Source: an uncultured Ruminococcus sp.
GTDB taxonomy: Bacteria; Bacillota; Clostridia; Oscillospirales; CAG-272
Direction of reading: 5' to 3'
DNA: 44,415 nucleotides
Assembly (NCBI GenBank): GCA_964596195.1
Contig: CAZQTN010000002.1
Coordinates: forward strand, 2,468-46,882
The notes under the pieces are model-generated. The model was not told where the DNA came from and searched no databases. It was given only the letters and a program-made list of their open reading frames with translations. Shown here piece by piece: positions 42,321 through 44,415 of the stretch. A program made the position numbers and the translations under genes. The first letter of the stretch is position 1. Every line of letters starts with the position of its first letter.

Positions 42321-42364
42321 GTGCTTGTCAGGAAAATTGATAAGTGAATCGGTGATAAAGGCCG

Positions 42365-42543
42365 TCCCTCGTGTCATCCTGAGCGGAGGGCAAGGCCCGA
42401 AGTCGAACTCGAAGGGCGATGCATAGCATCGGGATCTACGAGGGAAAAGAAGTGTTTTGCTCGCCCGAGATCCTGCTTGGCTGATGCCTCGCACTGCTTC
42501 GCAGTTCGACTCCGCTACGCTTCGCTCAGGATGACACGGGCGA
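42365..42543. repeat. ~180-bp imperfect long inverted repeat (MITE/REP-like element)
   Basis: Outer arms CGTGTCATCCTGAGCG (42370-42385) / CGCTCAGGATGACACG (42523-42538). Inner arms AGTCGAACT (42401-42409) / AGTTCGACT (42503-42511) and GGGATCT / AGATCC. Confidence 0.7.
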
Positions 42544-42742
42544 GACTTCGTTCCACAAAAGGTTTCTTGAATCAACTCAGCGCTTATCAATAAAAAGGAC
42601 GAGTGCCTTTTCATTGCTCTTTTTCCCATCTTTTGGAACTTATTTTGGGCGGATTTTTGTCAATAGGTAAAATCAACAAATTTAATGAATTTTTTTCTAC
42701 GAAATTATACGCCGAAAAAACACCATATCTTGATTTTTGGAC

Positions 42743-42772
42743 TTGACTTTTACACTAGATATAGTGTATAAT
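42743..42772 (+). promoter_or_regulatory. nrdD promoter with an embedded NrdR box
   Basis: TTGACT (42743-42748), 18-nt spacer, TATAAT (42767-42772). The spacer holds the 16-bp palindrome ACACTAGATATAGTGT (42752-42767), which fits the NrdR-box consensus acaCwAtATaTwGtgt. Confidence 0.7.
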
Positions 42773-42829
42773 TGTTCTCGCTAACACAATTTGAGCTCGG
42801 GCACGAGTGATGCCGCGAGAGCTCCCGGG

Positions 42830-42900
42830 AGCGCCGATTTTGCGGCGCGTCGAGATCGTTCAGAATCTCTTGTAGCGCCGATTTTTCGGCGCGCTTTTTT
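42830..42900 (+). promoter_or_regulatory. Two near-identical 20-nt hairpins in the nrdD leader, the second followed by T6
   Basis: AGCGCCGATTTTGCGGCGCG (42830-42849) and AGCGCCGATTTTTCGGCGCG (42874-42893). Each folds as GCGCCG/CGGCGC. The second is followed by CTTTTTT. Confidence 0.45.
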
Positions 42901-42969
42901 GCCGATACGGTAAATTAGGAAAAAACAGGAAAAATTAAGAAGCATCGTAAATACAGAAAGGAGAACATA

Positions 42970-44415
42970 ATGAAGCTTATTAAGAGAAGCGGCGCAGAGG
43001 TCGTTTTTGAGAAGGAAAAGATTACGGCCGCCGTTCTGAAGGCGAACGCCGCAGTTGACCCGTCTGCCGCTATTTCTGAAAACGAAATAAGAAAAATTAC
43101 AGATAGAGTCGAGAAAAAGTGCGAGAAGCTCCGCCGTGCGGTCACGGTTGAGGAGGTGCAGGATATGGTCGAGGACGAGATAATGCGCCTCGGTGCATTC
43201 GTGCTTGCAAAGGCCTATATTACATACAGATACCGCCGCGCCCTCGTGCGCAAGTCGAACACGACTGACGATAAGATACTCTCTCTTATCGAGTGCAACA
43301 ACGAGGAGGTAAAGCAGGAGAACTCGAATAAGAACCCCACCGTTAACAGCGTTCAGCGCGACTATATGGCAGGCGAGGTGTCCAAGGACATTACCCGCCG
43401 TCTGCTCCTCTCCGAGGATATAGTAAGGGCGCACGAGGAGGGACTTATCCACTTCCACGATGCGGACTATTTCGCACAGCATATGCACAACTGCGACCTC
43501 GTCAACCTCGGTGATATGCTTGAGAACGGTACCGTTATCAGCGGCACGATGATAGAGAAGCCGCACAGCTTTTCCACCGCTTGTAATATCGCAACGCAGA
43601 TAATCGCGCAGGTCGCGTCCAACCAGTACGGCGGACAGTCGATCAGCCTTACACACCTTGCGCCCTTCGTTGACATCAGCCGCAAGAAGATCCGCGAGGC
43701 GGTTAAAAAGGAGCTTGCTGAGATCGGCGTTTTCGAGGAAGAGGCTATCAACAAGATCGCAGAGGGCAGACTCCGCGAGGAGATCAATCGCGGTGTTCAG
43801 TGCATTCAGTATCAGGTGGTTACGCTTCTGACGACTAACGGCCAGGCGCCCTTTATTACTATATTTATGTACCTCGGCGAGGCGAGAAACGAGCAGGAAA
43901 AGGCCGACCTCGCGCTCATTATCGAGGAGACCCTTGAGCAGCGCATAAAGGGCGTTAAGAACGAGACCGGCGTGTGGATCACACCCGCGTTCCCCAAGCT
44001 CATCTACGTCCTTGAGGAGGACAACGTTCGCCCCGGCTCGAAGTATCACTACCTCACCGAGCTTGCGGCAAAGTGCACCGCAAAGAGAATGGTGCCCGAC
44101 TATATCTCCGAAAAGATAATGCTGAAGAACAAGATCGACAAGAACGGAGAGGGACATTGCTACACCTGTATGGGTTGCCGCAGCTTCCTTACCCCTTACG
44201 TCGACGAGAACGGTCAGCCTAAGTACTACGGCCGCTTCAATCAGGGGGTCGTAACCGTCAACCTCGTTGATATCGCGCTCTCTGCCGGCGGCGATATGGA
44301 GAAGTTCCGCGAGGTGTTCGACGAGCGTATGCAGCTCTGCCACAAGGCGCTTCGCGCCCGTCACGAGCGTCTGCTCGGCACTCTTTCGGATGCTGCGCCC
44401 ATCCTGTGGCAGTAC
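42970..44415 (+). CDS. nrdD: Anaerobic ribonucleoside-triphosphate reductase (class III), 3' end outside window
   Basis: ATG at 42970 after AAGGAG; the frame is open to the window end (482 codons), so it is absent from the ORF track. ATP-cone start MKLIKRSGAEVVFEKEKI. QRDYMAGEVSKD..., AHEEGLIHFHDADY and IATQIIAQVASNQYGGQS match NrdD. Confidence 0.88.
   Translation, partial: MKLIKRSGAEVVFEKEKITAAVLKANAAVDPSAAISENEIRKITDRVEKKCEKLRRAVTVEEVQDMVEDEIMRLGAFVLAKAYITYRYRRALVRKSNTTDDKILSLIECNNEEVKQENSNKNPTVNSVQRDYMAGEVSKDITRRLLLSEDIVRAHEEGLIHFHDADYFAQHMHNCDLVNLGDMLENGTVISGTMIEKPHSFSTACNIATQIIAQVASNQYGGQSISLTHLAPFVDISRKKIREAVKKELAEIGVFEEEAINKIAEGRLREEINRGVQCIQYQVVTLLTTNGQAPFITIFMYLGEARNEQEKADLALIIEETLEQRIKGVKNETGVWITPAFPKLIYVLEEDNVRPGSKYHYLTELAAKCTAKRMVPDYISEKIMLKNKIDKNGEGHCYTCMGCRSFLTPYVDENGQPKYYGRFNQGVVTVNLVDIALSAGGDMEKFREVFDERMQLCHKALRARHERLLGTLSDAAPILWQY

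Noticed and set aside
42201-42347. A small ORF (48 codons from GTG, or 19 from the ATG at 42288) whose MPYFAFVDTNAVLV resembles the N-terminus of a PIN-domain toxin.
   Set aside because: It is too short for a PIN domain and has no proper RBS spacing. It overlaps the 22-bp palindrome. At most it is a remnant, and I cannot support it as a gene.
40394-42360. Interpreting the AT-rich islet as a tRNA-targeted integrative element or prophage.
   Set aside because: No integrase or recombinase is present. I found no direct repeat of the tRNA-Cys sequence. The islet abuts the 5' (promoter) side of the tRNA rather than the usual 3' attachment end. I keep it only as a compositional islet of unknown origin.
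42830-42893. Two near-identical 20-nt repeats, which could suggest a mini CRISPR array.
   Set aside because: There are only two copies, the repeats are too short, the spacer is 24 nt, and no cas genes are present. The position inside the nrdD leader fits regulatory hairpins better.

Overview
This 44.4 kb window looks like chromosomal DNA from a moderately GC-rich Firmicute, probably Clostridia. The evidence is AGGAGG-type RBSs, many canonical TTGACA-17-TATAAT promoters, tight or overlapping cistrons and GC-hairpin plus T-run terminators. I support about 35 protein genes, one tRNA-Cys(GCA), two disrupted genes, several intergenic hairpin-repeat families, and a set of promoters and terminators. 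Housekeeping content includes glmM with a hexapeptide transferase, fakB/fakA (DegV plus DAK2), coaX with an ECF S-component, a 3'-truncated nrdD behind an NrdR box, a nitroreductase with an AraC regulator, a glycerophosphodiesterase and a histidine phosphatase. Accessory content includes a clan GH-A hydrolase in an operon with an M55 peptidase and an esterase, a membrane-anchored lipase, and a LysM-CAP protein. It also includes a 1437-aa secreted beta-helix protein and an AAC(3)-like acetyltransferase coupled to a GH28-like beta-helix protein. The most unusual region is 16741-24830. It holds three head-to-tail polysaccharide-lyase-family-8-like modules, two of them fused into one 1822-aa polypeptide, all without signal peptides. 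The second candidate is a strongly AT-rich islet of about 2 kb (40.4-42.35 kb) wedged between tRNA-Cys and a 180-bp inverted-repeat element. It encodes an XRE repressor with a perfect operator palindrome and three small proteins with no assignable function (the last DUF6440-like). I saw no CRISPR array, transposase, integrase or recognisable defence enzyme. All functional calls rest on remembered family motifs, not on searches.
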